64,000 nucleotides of DNA from Octopus sinensis (Eukaryota): positions 1 through 64,000 of the forward strand of contig NW_021834662.1 in NCBI RefSeq assembly GCF_006345805.1, given 5' to 3'. Positions 37,518-51,439 of the stretch are shown here, piece after piece (within the stretch, counting starts at the first letter, position 1; each line of letters begins with the position of its first letter). The position numbers and the translations under genes are program-made. The notes under the pieces are model-generated. The model was given only the letters and a program-made list of their open reading frames with translations, was not told where the DNA came from and ran no database searches.

Positions 37518-38420
37518 TATAAAATTAATTAAGGGTAGAAATTGATATTTATCAATTAAGACCAGTGGTCTAGCATATTAAAAAAGAATCCGAAGATTAA
37601 AATATTTATATATACCAATTAAGGACTGAACACGAAAAGTGGACAGTCAACATGCTAGATATAGACGTCAAATCGCCATTCACCACAAAAGATTATGTTC
37701 TCAGATCAAACTCAACACAAAACCATAGCAATAAACAAGTGAAAAATATACGAAATAAAATAATTACCCATGTACTAAATTAGTTTCAGCTGTTATTTTC
37801 TGTTGTGTTGAGTTTGATCTGAGAACATAATCTTTTGTGGTGAATGGCGATTTGACGTCTATATCTAGCATGTTGACTGTCCACTTTTCGTGTTCAGTCC
37901 TAATTGGTATATATAAATATTTTAATCTTCGGATTTTTTTAATATGCTAGACCACTGGTCTTAATTGATAAATATCAATTTCTACCCTTAATTAATTTTA
38001 TATAATATAAATATGTTCTCTAACCGATAAATTAACTGCTGCTAATTATTAGCTGCAGGCTAGTTTTCTCGGGTTCCAACGCGCCAAAGTAAAGGCATTT
38101 GAAGATATATTCAAATGTATAGGCTGAACTCCATGCACGCGATATTTCGGTATCGTGTTTGCATCTAGTCCAGCAATTACATTTATAACGGACCATGCTG
38201 ATGATGGCTGCAGTTTTCCTTGCGGAAAATAACAGCTGAAACTAATTTAGTACATGGGTAATTATTTTATTTCGTATATTTTTCACTTGTTTATTGCTAT
38301 GGTTTTGTGTTGAGTTTGATCTGAGAACATAATCTTTTGTGGTGAATGGCGATTTGACGTCTATATCTAGCATGTTGACTGTCCACTTTTCGTGTTCAGT
38401 CCTTAATTGGTATATATATA
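37518..38420. mobile_element. PLE-tail fold-back (arms 37518-37720 / 37803-38003) plus a third hammerhead-bearing copy (38190-38420)
   Basis: Three copies of the same tail in -, +, + orientation. Confidence 0.8.
38193..38257 (+). ncRNA. Type I hammerhead ribozyme motif
   Basis: CCAUG-CUGAUGA-U-GGCUG-cag-UUUUCC-uugc-GGAAAA-uaa-CAGCU-GAAA-CUAAUUUAG-UA-CAUGG. Confidence 0.82.
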
Positions 38421-38482
38421 TATATAGGGAGATGTACTCGCATAGCAAGTGATTTGATCTGAGATCGTGTGCTGGAACGAAA

Positions 38483-38775
38483 ACAATTGCAGCGTGGAAG
38501 GTGTTTGTAAGCCATTTAAGAAACACACAAAAGCCGCTCGATTCACTTCAACATTTAAGTTTAATTTGTCAAAATATTTTCGTCGCTATAAGACCGCGAC
38601 CTGTTCACTGACAAAAATCCGTGCTGCATCTCGTGCAGCACGGATTTTTGTCAGTGAACAGGTCGCGGTCTTATAGCGACGAAAAATATTTTGACAAATT
38701 AAACTTAAATGTTGAAGTGAATCGAACGGCTTTTGTGTGTTTCTTAAATGGCTTACAAACACCTTCCACGCTGCA

Positions 38776-38780
<5 letters not shown>
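38483..38780. repeat. Near-perfect 298-bp palindrome (146/147-bp arms, 5-nt loop)
   Basis: Centre GTGCTGCA-TCTCG-TGCAGCAC; 1 mismatch and 1 indel seen. Confidence 0.92.
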
Positions 38781-38867
<87 letters not shown>

Positions 38868-40107
38868 GTATTGTTATATATATATGTCTATGCATAAATA
38901 CATATATGCATGTACATACATATCTACTTATCTACACACGGACACAAACGCACATACAGACATATTTGTGTGTGCGTGTGTGTATGTATATATGTACTAT
39001 TTGTGCGTGTGTGTGTATGCTTGTATGTATATATATATATATACTATGTATTTATGTACATGTACATATGCACGCATATGTACTGAGCAATAAGTTGCGA
39101 TGCTCAGCACATGTAGTACATTATGACCACATGAGAGCTCCCTCCTGTTCCTCCCTCCCCGCCAACAACATCAAGAGTTATGGATCCATCGAAATTATAA
39201 AACAATATGTGCGTGAGTTTGTGTCTGCATGTGTACGTGTACTTTTAATGTTATTCTCCGACAGAATCAATATGACATAAGGTAACAGGCTGTACCTAAG
39301 AGTCACAGGTGTAATCCACTCGATGAGCTTCAGTACAGTTTCCCTCGGCCCACTTTTAGTCAGACGCTATGAATCCAACTGAGCCTTTAGAAAGTGACAT
39401 TTATCCAATGCGTCATGTAGTTTAAATCGATCACTTGACCATGTGTTTGAGAAGGAAACTTATTTCTACACTACAGCTATACACATCCACACACACACAT
39501 ACACACACACACGCACACACACACAGAAACACATACCCGCACACACATACACACACACAGAAACACATACCCGCACACACATATAAATATAAATATATAT
39601 ATGTCTACTACATATGTAGGAAATTCTATCTGTGAGTGTTTTTGTGGAGTTGTTAGCTAACTCCTCCAACATCGTTTGATGAAACTTGACACGTGAATAG
39701 AACTCATATCTGGATACCTCATGGCATACTCAGATTGTTGGGAAAGTCGATAATAGGGCCCCTGGTAGGCCTCGTTATATATATATTTCATTTTAAAAGT
39801 CAAGGTAAATAACCCATTCATTTTCCTAAATTATTTGGTATAAATCAAATTGAGTATGCTTATTTCTTAGTATCTGAACTGTTAAAGTTATATACATATA
39901 ACAGTGGGACTGAACCCTGAACTATATGGATGTTAAGCAAGCTACTTACCACACAGCACTTCTATTATTATATATAATATAAATATATATATATATATAT
40001 ATATAGATATCTATATATATATATATATATATATAATATAATATAAATACATATATATATATACACCACTATATATATAATAAACACATATATTATATAA
40101 TAAATAT

Positions 40108-43100
40108 ATTATATATAGATTGTACAAAAGATTGTACAGCAGCTAACCTGGCTCCATCAAACTCAAACTCGCAGATGGGACTATCCACAATACACAAGAC
40201 CACCACAGCAAATAGACCCAAGGTGGACACCGCCGGCAACAGCATACACCTCACCTCGATGCTCCTACTGAACATCAGAGGACTGCTAACACTCAGTAAC
40301 AGGACAAAAATCCCGTTCTTGAGAGACTTTGTTGCATGCAATCAAGCCTTATGCATAGCACTTACGGAAACACACCTGAAACCGGACATAGCAGATGCGA
40401 AATTACACATACCACAGTATGTTGTACTACGAACTGACAGAAAAGAAAGGAGTCATGGAGGAGTTGCTATGTACATCCGTGAGGACCTCACACCCCAGGT
40501 TCTTTTGTCATACTCAAACTCGATGTGTGACACACTAATTGTACACATAAGGCAACTTGGTGTAGTTGTGTGTGCTACATATCGTCCTTCAGATGCTCCA
40601 AGCTATGTGGGCAAGTTTGAAGACTGCCTTATAAAAATAGAAGAAGTTCTAGTCACATTAGAACAACACATAAGTGTACTTCTTATGGGAGACTTCAATC
40701 TACCCAACGTCAGATGGCCCGAGGGCCTTTCTCTCCCATGAATGACACGATGTGAACGAGGACAGGCGAGGTCCCTCCTGAACCTCATTAACACCCTGTA
40801 CATGGAGCAAGTAATACTCCAACCAACCAGGGCAGGTAACATACTGGATCTCTGCTTCACAAATAATATGGATCTCATCCATAATGGGAAAGTGACACCG
40901 ACACTACTCTCGGATCACAACATGGTAGAGCTGACCATGTACGGGCCAAAGGAAAGCATGGACATGCAGCCTACAAAAAACTCTCAGAATCTTTCCAGCT
41001 TGAACTTCCATAAGGCAACCTGGAAACAGATTGAGAAAGAGATCCTCAAACAAAACTGGCCTGAATGTCTCTCCTCGCCAGACATCGACATGAAACTTCA
41101 ACAATTCACGTCTGTAATGCAAGCCATATGCTACAAATGTGTCCCAGAGAGAAAGGCCAGTGTACACAAGAACAAAATCCCCAGAGAGAGGAAAATTTTA
41201 ATGAGACGACGTACAAATGTTTCAAATCGCCTAAACAAACAAATTGAAAGCAGTGAAAAGTCCCGCCTGAACATAAAACTGTTGGAAATTGAAAAATGTC
41301 TGCAACTCTCCCATGAAAAAGAAAGAGCAGACAAAGAAGCCTGGGCTATAGACAAAATAAAATCTAACCCAGAGCTTTCTACAGGTATGCCAAAGAAACA
41401 GCTACGGTGCACTGTAGGATAGGGCCACTCCTTGAAAAGGGTGGCACACTCACAGGAAATCCAATGAGGGTAAGTGAAATACTAAATGAGCAATTCAAGA
41501 GTGTTTTCACTCCACCACTTGGGCATTTCCAAATCAGCAATCCAACTGACTTCTTTACCACTGCAGATATAAAATCAGAGGCAGCGATGATTGATTACAT
41601 CAATATAAAGGAAGACGATGTAATAAAGGCTATAGATGAAATGAAAACAAACTCAGCTACTGGCCCCGATGGATTCCCGGCAATCCTTCTAAAAGTATGT
41701 AAGAGAGTCCTAGCAAGACCACTGCAGTTCCTCTTTCAGAGCTTCCTTGCAACTGGCAAACTTCCAAGAAAACTGAAGGAAGATAAAATATGCCCTATTC
41801 ATAAGGAGGTAGCAGAGCGGAGGCCAAGAACTACAGACCTATCTCTCTGACCTCACACATCAGCAAGGTCATGGAACGAATAGTCAGAAGGAAACTAATC
41901 ACCTTCCTTGAAGAAAATGACTTGCTGCCTGACCCCAACATGGTTTCCGACCAGAAGAAGTGCTTAACTCAGCTCCTACAACACTATGACTGGGTGCTGA
42001 AACGACTGCTCAACCACTCAAATGTGGAAGTGATATATCTCGACTTTGCAAAGGCCTTTGATAAAGTCGATCATGGAATGATATGTCACAAACTGCGTGA
42101 TCTTGGCATAGTTGGAAAATTGGGAGAATGGCTTCATGACTTTCTGAAGGATAGAAGTCAGGTGGTAGTAGCTAATGGGGCCACTTCCATTAACACGCAA
42201 ATAGTGAGCGGTGTTCCGCAGGGCACTGTTTTGGGACCACTACTGTTCATAATGGCCCCCTCAGACATGCCCTCAGCCACGCAGAGAGCCACGATCACAA
42301 GTTATGCAGATGATACAAAAGTTTCACAGGCAATACAGAACCCTGAAGACACTAAGCACCTGCAATGTGAGCTGAACAAAATATACAAGTGGGCTGAAAA
42401 GAATAGCATGCAGTTCAATGCTGAAAAGTTTCAAGCTTTATGCTATCAGCATGCAAAACTAAATGCAATACCCAATGAATACACTGGACCCGGAGGGATT
42501 GCAATCCCAGAGGCACAATCAGTGCGTGACCTGGGTATTTACATGAGTGATGACGCAACCTTTCATGTACATGTTGCTAAATTGGCAATGAAATGTAGAC
42601 GGCTGGCCGGATGGATTCTTAGAACCTTTAGAACAAGAGACCAAGAAACCATGATGGTCCTCTGGAGGACACTTGTCCTAAGCCACTTTGACTATTGCTC
42701 TCAGCTATGGTCACCATCCAGTGTAAAGTTGATCACAGAACTTGAGGCGATCCAACGAAGCTACACGAAGCCTCTGTGCAGCATATAAGCTACTGGGAAA
42801 GACTCAAGAGATTAAAACTCTATTCCTTGGAGCGTAGGCGAGAAAGATATGCCATAATATACATCTGGAAGATCCTGGAAGGACTTGTCCCAAACTTTGG
42901 CATCGAGAGTTACACAAATGCCAGAACTGGGCGCCACTGCGTCGTGCCAAGGACTCCAAATTTGCCATGCAGATGTAGAACAAGATACTGTGATAGCCTG
43001 GGCTTCAGAGGCTCACAGCTCTTCAATATCCTCCCGAAGAACCTGAGGGACCTGCATGGGGTGGATGCGGATGTCTTTAAAGTAGGACTGGATCTCTTCC

Positions 43101-43293
43101 TGTCAGGTGTCCCGGATGAACCAACTTCACGGCAGGAGGTGCAGATGAGGGCAGCTGTATCGAACTCCCTCCTGCACCAAATGGCAGTTGCTAAAAAGCA
43201 TTCGTGAAGTAAAATCATGCAGCAACACCAAATGGCGGTGCCCCCAGCAAGGCCACAGCTCGTGAGCTGAAACTAGATAAAATAAAAAAATAA
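40108..43293 (+). mobile_element. CR1-group LINE, near-complete ORF2 (APE endonuclease + RT), pseudogenised, 5'-truncated
   Basis: LLNIRGL, LTETHL, MGDFNLP, PTRAGNILDL, SDHNMV (APE); GPDG, YLDFAKAFDKVDH, SGVPQGTVLGPLLF, YADDTK, DYCSQLWSP, SLERRRER (RT); nonsense at 40739 and frameshifts near 41390, 41810, 41935, 42775. Confidence 0.95.
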
Positions 43294-43854
43294 ATATATA
43301 TATATATAATATATATATATATACATATAGTTATATGTACACCCACATCTATATACGCATATATACACACACACGCAGATGCATATGCGGATATTTATAT
43401 GTATATACATGTTCGTATATGAGTGTTTTTATCGTGTCCTTTTTTATTAGATAAATTTCTCTATAATAATAAATTATTGCTCACAAAGTATTACTGTTAC
43501 GTTATTAAGCTCACTTTACCAAATCTTTTTGCATAAAAGAAATATTTTTTGTTATATATGCGAATTAATTATAACATTAATTACAGTGTGTATGTGCGTC
43601 TCTGTGTGTGGATACATGTATATACATACACAGAAACCTCTGTGTGTGTGCGCGTGTGTGTGTATGTGTGTGTGTGGGCGCATATACGTGTGTGGTTTGA
43701 TATATTTATGGATAAAAACATAATTGGAAGTGATTACAGTCGAAAAGACTTTACATGACTCTTGAGAAATTATGTACACATATGCAAATACGAATATCAA
43801 TATATATATATACATACATATATATATATATTATAATATATATATATTATATAT

Positions 43855-43906
<52 letters not shown>

Positions 43907-43951
43907 CATATATATGTATATATAGTGTATATATATATATACACACATATA

Positions 43952-43995
<44 letters not shown>

Positions 43996-44390
43996 AGTGT
44001 GCGCGCGTGTGTGCGACGAAAAAGGGATTTTGGGAAAGGGGATACGGACGTACATAAGCAACAGCGAAACAAACCCACGCATAGGAGCCATACACGTGGA
44101 CGAAATCACACAAAGACATAGACAAATGTAACGCGCATATACACACGCATGCGCGCGTGCGTACATGCCCAAAACGAAATGCAGAAATAAGTAATGGGAA
44201 GGAAAGAAAACCGGGTGAAGACAAAGGAAATCGGAAAAGTAGTTAAGGGAGGAGACGAGCAGCAGGTGGAGGTGGGGGAAGGGGAAATTGATGAGATCAA
44301 AAGTGAAAGGGGACACAATGACAGGTCATAGCTATTGCACCAACTGCAGCGTAGTGTATAACTACATACATGCGCATATACATATATTAT

Positions 44391-44433
<43 letters not shown>

Positions 44434-44454
44434 TTTTCTATTCTAGGCTCATGA

Positions 44455-44797
44455 CCCGAATTTTGGAGGATGAGCAATCGATTAGAACGACCCCAGTACG
44501 CATCTGGTACTTAATTTATCGACCTCGGTGGAATCTGGACTCTGAAGCTAAAGGCAGACGAAATACCTATTTCTTACTGTCCACAAGGGGCTAAACACGG
44601 AGAGGACAATCAAGGACAGATAAACAGATTAAGTCGATTATATCGACCCCAGTGCCTAACTGGTACTTATTTAATCGAGCCCGAAAGGATGAAAGCCAAA
44701 GTCGACCTCGGCGATATTTGAACTCAGAACGTAATGACAAACGAAATACCGCTAAGCATTTCACCCGACGTGCTAACGTTTCTGCCAGCTCACCACC
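44455..44797 (-). mobile_element. Two nested or adjacent SINE family A copies
   Basis: GCCCGAAAGGATGAAAGCCAAAGTCGACCTCGG and head ...GCTAACGTTTCTGCCAGCTCACC. Confidence 0.85.
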
Positions 44798-44799
44798 TT

Positions 44800-44834
<35 letters not shown>

Positions 44835-45329
44835 AAAATAGTAAAGAGTGAAAAAACGACAGAAGGCTTAAATGTTAAAAAATATATATATTTGCGTCAA
44901 AATGTCTGGAGAATATTGGAAAAATTTTTTTCGTTTCCTTAAAATGACATAATTTTATAATTTTTAAAGAAATACCGGTTTCGCAGTTAGCTCTTCAAAT
45001 TTCTTGTGACTTAATGTTTATTTTTAATAACGTAATCCTTGTATTTTTGCTACATATATATATATATATATTATATATATACACACACATAATGACCTCT
45101 GTTCGAAGGTTATAATGGACACAGGTTCGTGTGTCACATAGCTAGCTAGAGGTCATGGCCTCTTGGAAGTAATCAACGGCAGCATTCGTCCTATTTTTCT
45201 GGACTGCCATGTTAGCTTGGCGATATCCAGTACCGCTGCCGTAGTCTCCTTTAGAGAGACTTAGAGTGGCTAGTGTTATCCACAAGTGCGCTAAGAGGAA
45301 TCTGTCACTGTAAGGTTGGTCGGAGGCGG

Positions 45330-46240
45330 TAAATGCATGCATTATCTTTGATACTCTTTACCGTCTGTCAGTGATGCTTTCTCCCAAATACCGTTCAATC
45401 CAATTGGAGTGTGTGCTACTGAACGGGAATGTTTCCCAAGTCAAGTGGTTTATCTGCTGCTAAAACCCTTCGTATGGTGGGTTAGATATGCTCATGTTGC
45501 TGATATACAGATATGCGCCGAGGTTGCGCTAGGTGTTGAAATTCCTTGACGGTGATCGGTTGTGGGTACCGTTCATGAGGCTTGTCTTACTGCAGCACGC
45601 CTCATTGACGGAGCTACATTCCTGGGTGGAGAAAAAACAGGCACTGTGCACTTAGCACCTAGAATGCTGTCAGACGCTCACCACTTTATATCAGTTGAGC
45701 AACGAGACTGGTGCATCTTCCAGTCAAGAAATTTATGGGGGATTAATGGTAGTGAACATGACGACCTTCTCGGAGAAGCCTTGGATCTTGACGAAAAAGG
45801 TCTTATTAATCTGTTCCGGAGGACTTCTGAATTGGGAAATACTATGGAAATGAATTGGCAACGCAACCGTGGGGCTCTACTGAGTCGAGAAGAACTCGAA
45901 ATAGAGGTTCCGTTGCTCAAAGCCGGTCCGAGAACCAAAGTTGTACTGCATACGATTATTTAATATTCGGACATTGCTAATTTGTGGAGTTATGTCGAAC
46001 AGTTGAATGGATCCAGCAATCAGTAAAATCCGTCGCGATAATTGTCTCACCGACCTCCGTAACGGGTTAGGTAAGATAGTTTTCTTCTGAGGACTATAAC
46101 GAAAGATGTGTGGGGGGCGAGCCTGAAACGCCTCAGGATAGAGATTTTCCTCTTCGGCAGAACTTTTGTCGACTTTTCCAAGTTTTACCTGAAAAGGAAA
46201 GTAAGATTAGAGGGAGCGGTGATGTTTTCAAGTCAATCTA
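45330..46240 (+). mobile_element. Old, degenerate Tx1-like LINE fragment
   Basis: HDDLLGEALDLDEKGLINLFRRT...WQRNRGAL and LWSYVEQ align with DDDFGANLGVDEEYLTRLFETT...AWQCYREAL...LWAYVEQ of the 16.2 kb copy. Confidence 0.7.
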
Positions 46241-46769
46241 AGTTGTGAAGAATGGCAGAAATAAAACGTGTGCGTGCAACCACTTCTAGTATAGACTTAT
46301 AAATCAGAAAACAATAGCTAGAGAGGGCAATTGTCATTAGCGTTGAGGTCAGTTTAACATCTGTAGTGAAGCTCTCAACTAACCTCACTGGAATTCCCTC
46401 CTGTATCAGAGCCACGTCACCCTCTTTCATCATTTATATACCATTTATGCAATCAGCTCATGGCTTGCTGTGTGTTTACACCATTCTGCCTTTAGTGAGA
46501 AACATTTCTCCATAACAAAATAGAGGGAATGGCTTTCATACAGATTCAAGTTTGACTCAGGAATATTTGAACTGGTCACAGGCTTCTATTTATACGCATC
46601 ACTTCTTAATGCTGTAGCTCTCTATTTTATTTACGGCAAGCAGTCATTGAACGATGACGGGAATATATAATAAGACTGACTTGTCTCGTGTCAATTCGCG
46701 TTAGCGTCTGACTTCCTAGTCTCTGTAGCTGAAGAAGAACAAATTAGAATTTCTTTTTCATCGGGACAT

Positions 46770-47310
46770 CATCCAGTCAGGTTGATTGCCCGATCCAGCC
46801 TGACTGCCTCTCTTCACATCTCCCGATCTTCCATTAGTGTCTTCAGGTCTTCAAATTGGCATCCAACATCTTCTGCAAGCTCTTATATATATATCTTCTG
46901 TGGTCTTCCAGCTGCTGTGGTACCATGAGCAACACATTAGTCACAAGTTCTTCTTTACTTCTCCAGCAGTGACCAGCAAACCTCAAACATCAAGTTTGCT
47001 AACTCATAAATACATGCATCTAACAGTCTAGTTTGGCGACGTTGCGAACTGACTCGGTGTATTTACTGCAATTTGTCTACAATAAGAATTTTTTTTGAAA
47101 AACTGAAGTGATTGACATTCTTACGGGTTCAAATATCTCTCAAGCATTCTTGAAAAGGTAACAAGTTTGTATCAAATGTTGATTTTTGTTTATTTTTCTG
47201 CCTTTGATTTTCTTTGCAAATCCTCACATTTTGTGTATGCCTTCTTCATACTCACTGACAATTGTTAACAAGCGCTGCTAGACAGAAAGAACCTTTCTCG
47301 GTAGATGAAC
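46770..47310 (-). mobile_element. RTE-clade LINE 3' fragment, degenerate
   Basis: LRFAGHCWRSKEELVTNVLL followed by a GRP/EDL...MEDR.W-like end. Confidence 0.7.
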
Positions 47311-47374
47311 TGTCCTCTTATAATGGTTTCTGGTTTAGGAACAAAGTGAACAATTCTAAGGGGAGAAGTTTGTC

Positions 47375-47540
47375 AATACCGCCGACCCCGAAAGAATGAA
47401 CGACAAAGATAACCTCAGTGGGATTTGAACTCATCGAACCTGGATGGATAAATGGGAAACCTGACATTGACGGAATTTGAACACAGAACATAGGAAGCCG
47501 TAAGTGAAAACTGCTGGGCATTCTATGGAACTCTTTAACG
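47375..47540 (-). mobile_element. Degenerate SINE family A
   Basis: GACCCCGAAAGAATGAACGACAAAGATAACCTCAGTGGGATTTGAACTC. Confidence 0.6.
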
Positions 47541-47569
47541 ACTGTTCTACTCTATTATCTTAAATATTG

Positions 47570-47880
47570 TTTAATAGGTGGCGTGCAAACAATAGAAAAC
47601 ACCGTCACCATCACCATCTCCATCCCAGCCATCCCCACCCCACCTCCACCACCAACAACACCCCCGCCATCACTACCAACATTACCACCACCACAACCAC
47701 AGCTGACGTCATCATCGCTACCATCACCAACGCCATCGCCATCACCACAATCAGTGCCACAACAAACAACGCCACCAGCACCGCCATCATCATCGCCAAC
47801 ACCACCACCATCAGCATTACAAGCAACATCACCATCACCATCACCACCCACCTCCCAGCCGCCTCCATAACAATAACACT
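47570..47880. repeat. (CAC/CAT/ACC)-rich low-complexity tract (similar tract at 14740-14990)
   Basis: Direct reading. Confidence 0.85.
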
Positions 47881-48180
47881 ACCGAGATCAGTAGCTACCT
47901 GTCACAGTGGCTGTCACCAACACCACCCCATGATCATATATCACTCGTACACTTAAATTTACACACCTTCACACTGAAATTTACTGCTGCATCTGCCCGT
48001 GTCACAATGTATGTATATATGCATATATGTATGTATGCATATATGTGTGCATATATGTATATATGTATATATGCATCAATGTATGTATGTATGTATGTAT
48101 GTATGTATGCATGCATATATGTGTGAATGTGCATGTTGGTTTGGGTATGCGTGTTTATGGAGTATATTGTATGCATGCTG

Positions 48181-48213
<33 letters not shown>

Positions 48214-48749
48214 ATGTATATATGCATATATGTACACACACATATATTTATGTATATACACACACACACACACATATATATATATACATATGTATATATA
48301 TATATATATGTGGGTGTGTGTGTATCTTATATATATGTGTCATATATATGTGTATGTGTATGTGTGTGTATATGTGTGTGTGTGTGTGTAAGCATGATGT
48401 ATATATGCACATATGAGTATGATCTTGTGTATATGTATGTGTAAATGCAGGTACAGAAACAAAATGCAATGTGCAATGTATGCATGAATAATGATCCCAG
48501 TGCAGCGGACACTGCAGCTGCTGTTGTGCAACTTAACATATTTGCTGCAGCTGGACATCTTTGTCGGGAATGTGCAGCAAGCTCGCACCTATGTATGAAC
48601 ATATAGCGATACCTATATGTGTGTGTGTATGTGCGTGTGCACGTGTGTGTGTATGTGTGTGTATGTATGCATGTATATGTGTATATTAGCTTGTCCATAT
48701 GTAATTTGTACATAAATAGAAACGGGGGATATAAGTATATACGCACCTA

Positions 48750-49090
48750 CATACATACATAATACTTACATAGAAACATATATACATACATACATACATA
48801 TACACATACATACATATACACATACATACATATATACATACATATATACATACATACACAAACACATACATACACACACACAAACATACATACATACATA
48901 CATACACAAACATATATGCATACATACATAGAAACATACATACATACATACATACACACACGCACACATACATACATACATACATACATACATACATACA
49001 TACATACATACACACACGCACACATACATACATACATACATACATACATACACACACGCGCACATACATACATACATACATACATACATA
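48750..49090. repeat. (TACA)n microsatellite
   Basis: Direct reading. Confidence 0.95.
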
Positions 49091-49973
49091 CAGGGTATGT
49101 AAGATATCTGAGGACAGATTTATGTTTATAAAAATCAGATATATAATAACAGATAATAACTGACTATGGCAGCTTTCAAATAATCTTTGGTGTTATGAGG
49201 TGTGTTCATTGACCTCTTTCTCAACAACGCTCCACATGTAATAGTCCAATGGATTGAGATCTGGGGAATTAGGAAGGCCAAATGTTAGGGGCTATGTGAT
49301 GATGAAAATTTTCAACCATCCATTGATGTGTTACTAGAGCCGTGTGTGATGGTGCAGAGTCTTATTGAAACACATATGGCTTTCCAGTGCATACACTGTC
49401 TATCCAGAGCTTAACAATTATTTTCAGGACTTTAATGGAGGCGGCAAAGTTATCTCTAAGGCTTTGTGGAAAGAAGTAACGTGGTATCACATGTCCTTCA
49501 TTGCTGACGATCCCTAAAACCATGGCAGCTGCAGAAAATTTTATTTGCATAACACTTGGAACTTCAGATGGGTCTGCACATAAGCATATGGTGATCTTTT
49601 GCAATTGACCTCATGGACTTTCTGGGATTGTAATCAATGGTCTTTTGAACTTGCTGGATAAATTCAAGTGTCTTGATGATTTCAAAGTGTTTAGAATGCT
49701 TTTTATACTTTGATACTTGTGATACGCTTCCATCTTCCGTCTCTAACGGCTTACAAACTTTGTAGACGAAAGATCTGGCAAGTTTTAAAAATCGATATAT
49801 TTCTAAATCGCTATGCTCAGACTTTATAACCACAATATCAGCACACCTCTTCATTTCTTGAGTAAGCTGAGGGTCTGGCATTATTATTTTCTGAAACAAA
49901 GATTATACAGAGTTAGCGAAAAATGCAGCAATGAACCAAAAATGGTATGTCCTCAAATTCCTTATGCACCCTG
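49091..49973 (-). mobile_element. DD37D (maT) transposon, internally deleted, both TIRs present
   Basis: TIRs CAGGGTATGTAAGATATCTGAGGACA / CAGGGTGCATAAGGAATTTGAGGACA; protein pieces match the copy at 1003-2164. Confidence 0.88.
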
Positions 49974-50148
49974 TGTGTGCGTGTATATATATATATGTAT
50001 ATATATATATGTATATATAACGCACACATGCACACACATACACAGGCACATATGATCTGATATGTATATATATAAATATATATGCATATTTATGTATACA
50101 TATATATATGCACACACACACACACACACACCACCACACACACATATA

Positions 50149-50198
<50 letters not shown>

Positions 50199-50269
50199 CT
50201 TATATATATACTATATATGATGCATAATACATACATACATATAGACACACAATCTCTAGATTGAGTAGC

Positions 50270-50700
50270 TATCTCACAGACTTAGTCTCTTCTAAGAAAA
50301 CCTGATTAATTACGGCTTCTACAAAGTTCCACTTCTTGCATCAACCTTCTTCGCGCTATTCTTCACGTTTTCTCTCATGTCTTCTCATAGACCAGCTTCC
50401 AGGCTTTCAAATTGTTCTAAAAGTATACACTGAGTCACCGAAGCCAAGATGAACTCATTACCTCAACGAAGCACTGCGTGGCATTTGAAGAAGCTCTGCA
50501 ATACCAGCTGTTTCAAAACGGGGATTGTTTCACCAATCTGCTTGACAGCTCAAAGACACCTGTTAGACGGCCCAAGATCGACCTTAGTAGCATGTTGTTG
50601 ATTCCTTTCCTTTGTTTGAGGGTAAATTGTAGGATTAATCTGTTGAGTTTGGCAACGGGAATCCCTAGGTATGTGCAATCTTATGCTGGATAAACCCCTC
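50270..50700 (-). mobile_element. Highly degenerate CR1-group LINE fragment
   Basis: Shares ~45 bp with 930-980 (CTATGAGAAGA[C/T]ATGAGA[G/A]AAAA...GCGAAGAAG); TYLGI motif. Confidence 0.35.
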
Positions 50701-50884
50701 CCCACTACATACATTGAATTACAAAACGCTCTCTTTGAAAATCAGACAATTGCTTTGCTTTTGGTGTTTGCGGCATGGCTTGTTGCTAGAAACAATGATG
50801 CAATCTGAAATGAAAAATTATAATGCATTGACAAGTTTGAAACACCACGCAGTGCCCTCACAGATAAAACGGTACCCTATGGTA

Positions 50885-51110
50885 CCTGGCAGAAACGTTA
50901 GTACGCTGGGCGAAATGCGTAGCCATATTTCGTCTGCCGTTACGTTCTGAGTTCAAATTCCGCCGAGGTAGACTTTGCCTTTATTCTTTCGGGATCGATA
51001 AATTAAGTACCAGTTACGCACTGGGGTCGATGTAATCGACTTAATCCGTTTGTCTGTTCTTGTTTGTCCCCTCTGTGTTTAGCCCGTTGTGGGTAGTAAA
51101 GAAATAGGTA
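50885..51110 (+). mobile_element. SINE family A, full length
   Basis: CTGGCAGAAACGTTAGTACGCTGGGCGAAATGC...GAGTTCAAATTCCGCCGAGG...GTAGTAAAGAAATAGGTA. Confidence 0.9.
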
Positions 51111-51439
51111 CCCTAAGAATGTCTATTTACTTTTTTAAGATGTGTGTGTGTAGGTATTTTTTGAGTGTGTGCGCACGCTTATTTGAGTATGTCTATTTGA
51201 GAAGTATTACTGCTTTCCCATAACGTCTGGTTTCGTGCTGAACCGAGCCGTCTTTAGATAGATAAGCATCGAGTGAAAATTTATCCTTGAACAACAATTC
51301 TATTTAACTGTACTTTATCTGAGACAACTTACGCATAGTTTATATTTAGTCATGCGTGTTGTAAAATAGAAGGATATTAAATAGCACGCTTCCATATAAA
51401 CACACCCGTATACGCACACTTAAATCAACAATAGAATAA

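Noticed and set aside
39296-39365. Possible minus-strand exon LTKSGPRETVLKLIEWITPVTL
   Set aside because: Short, no family recognised, poor acceptor context
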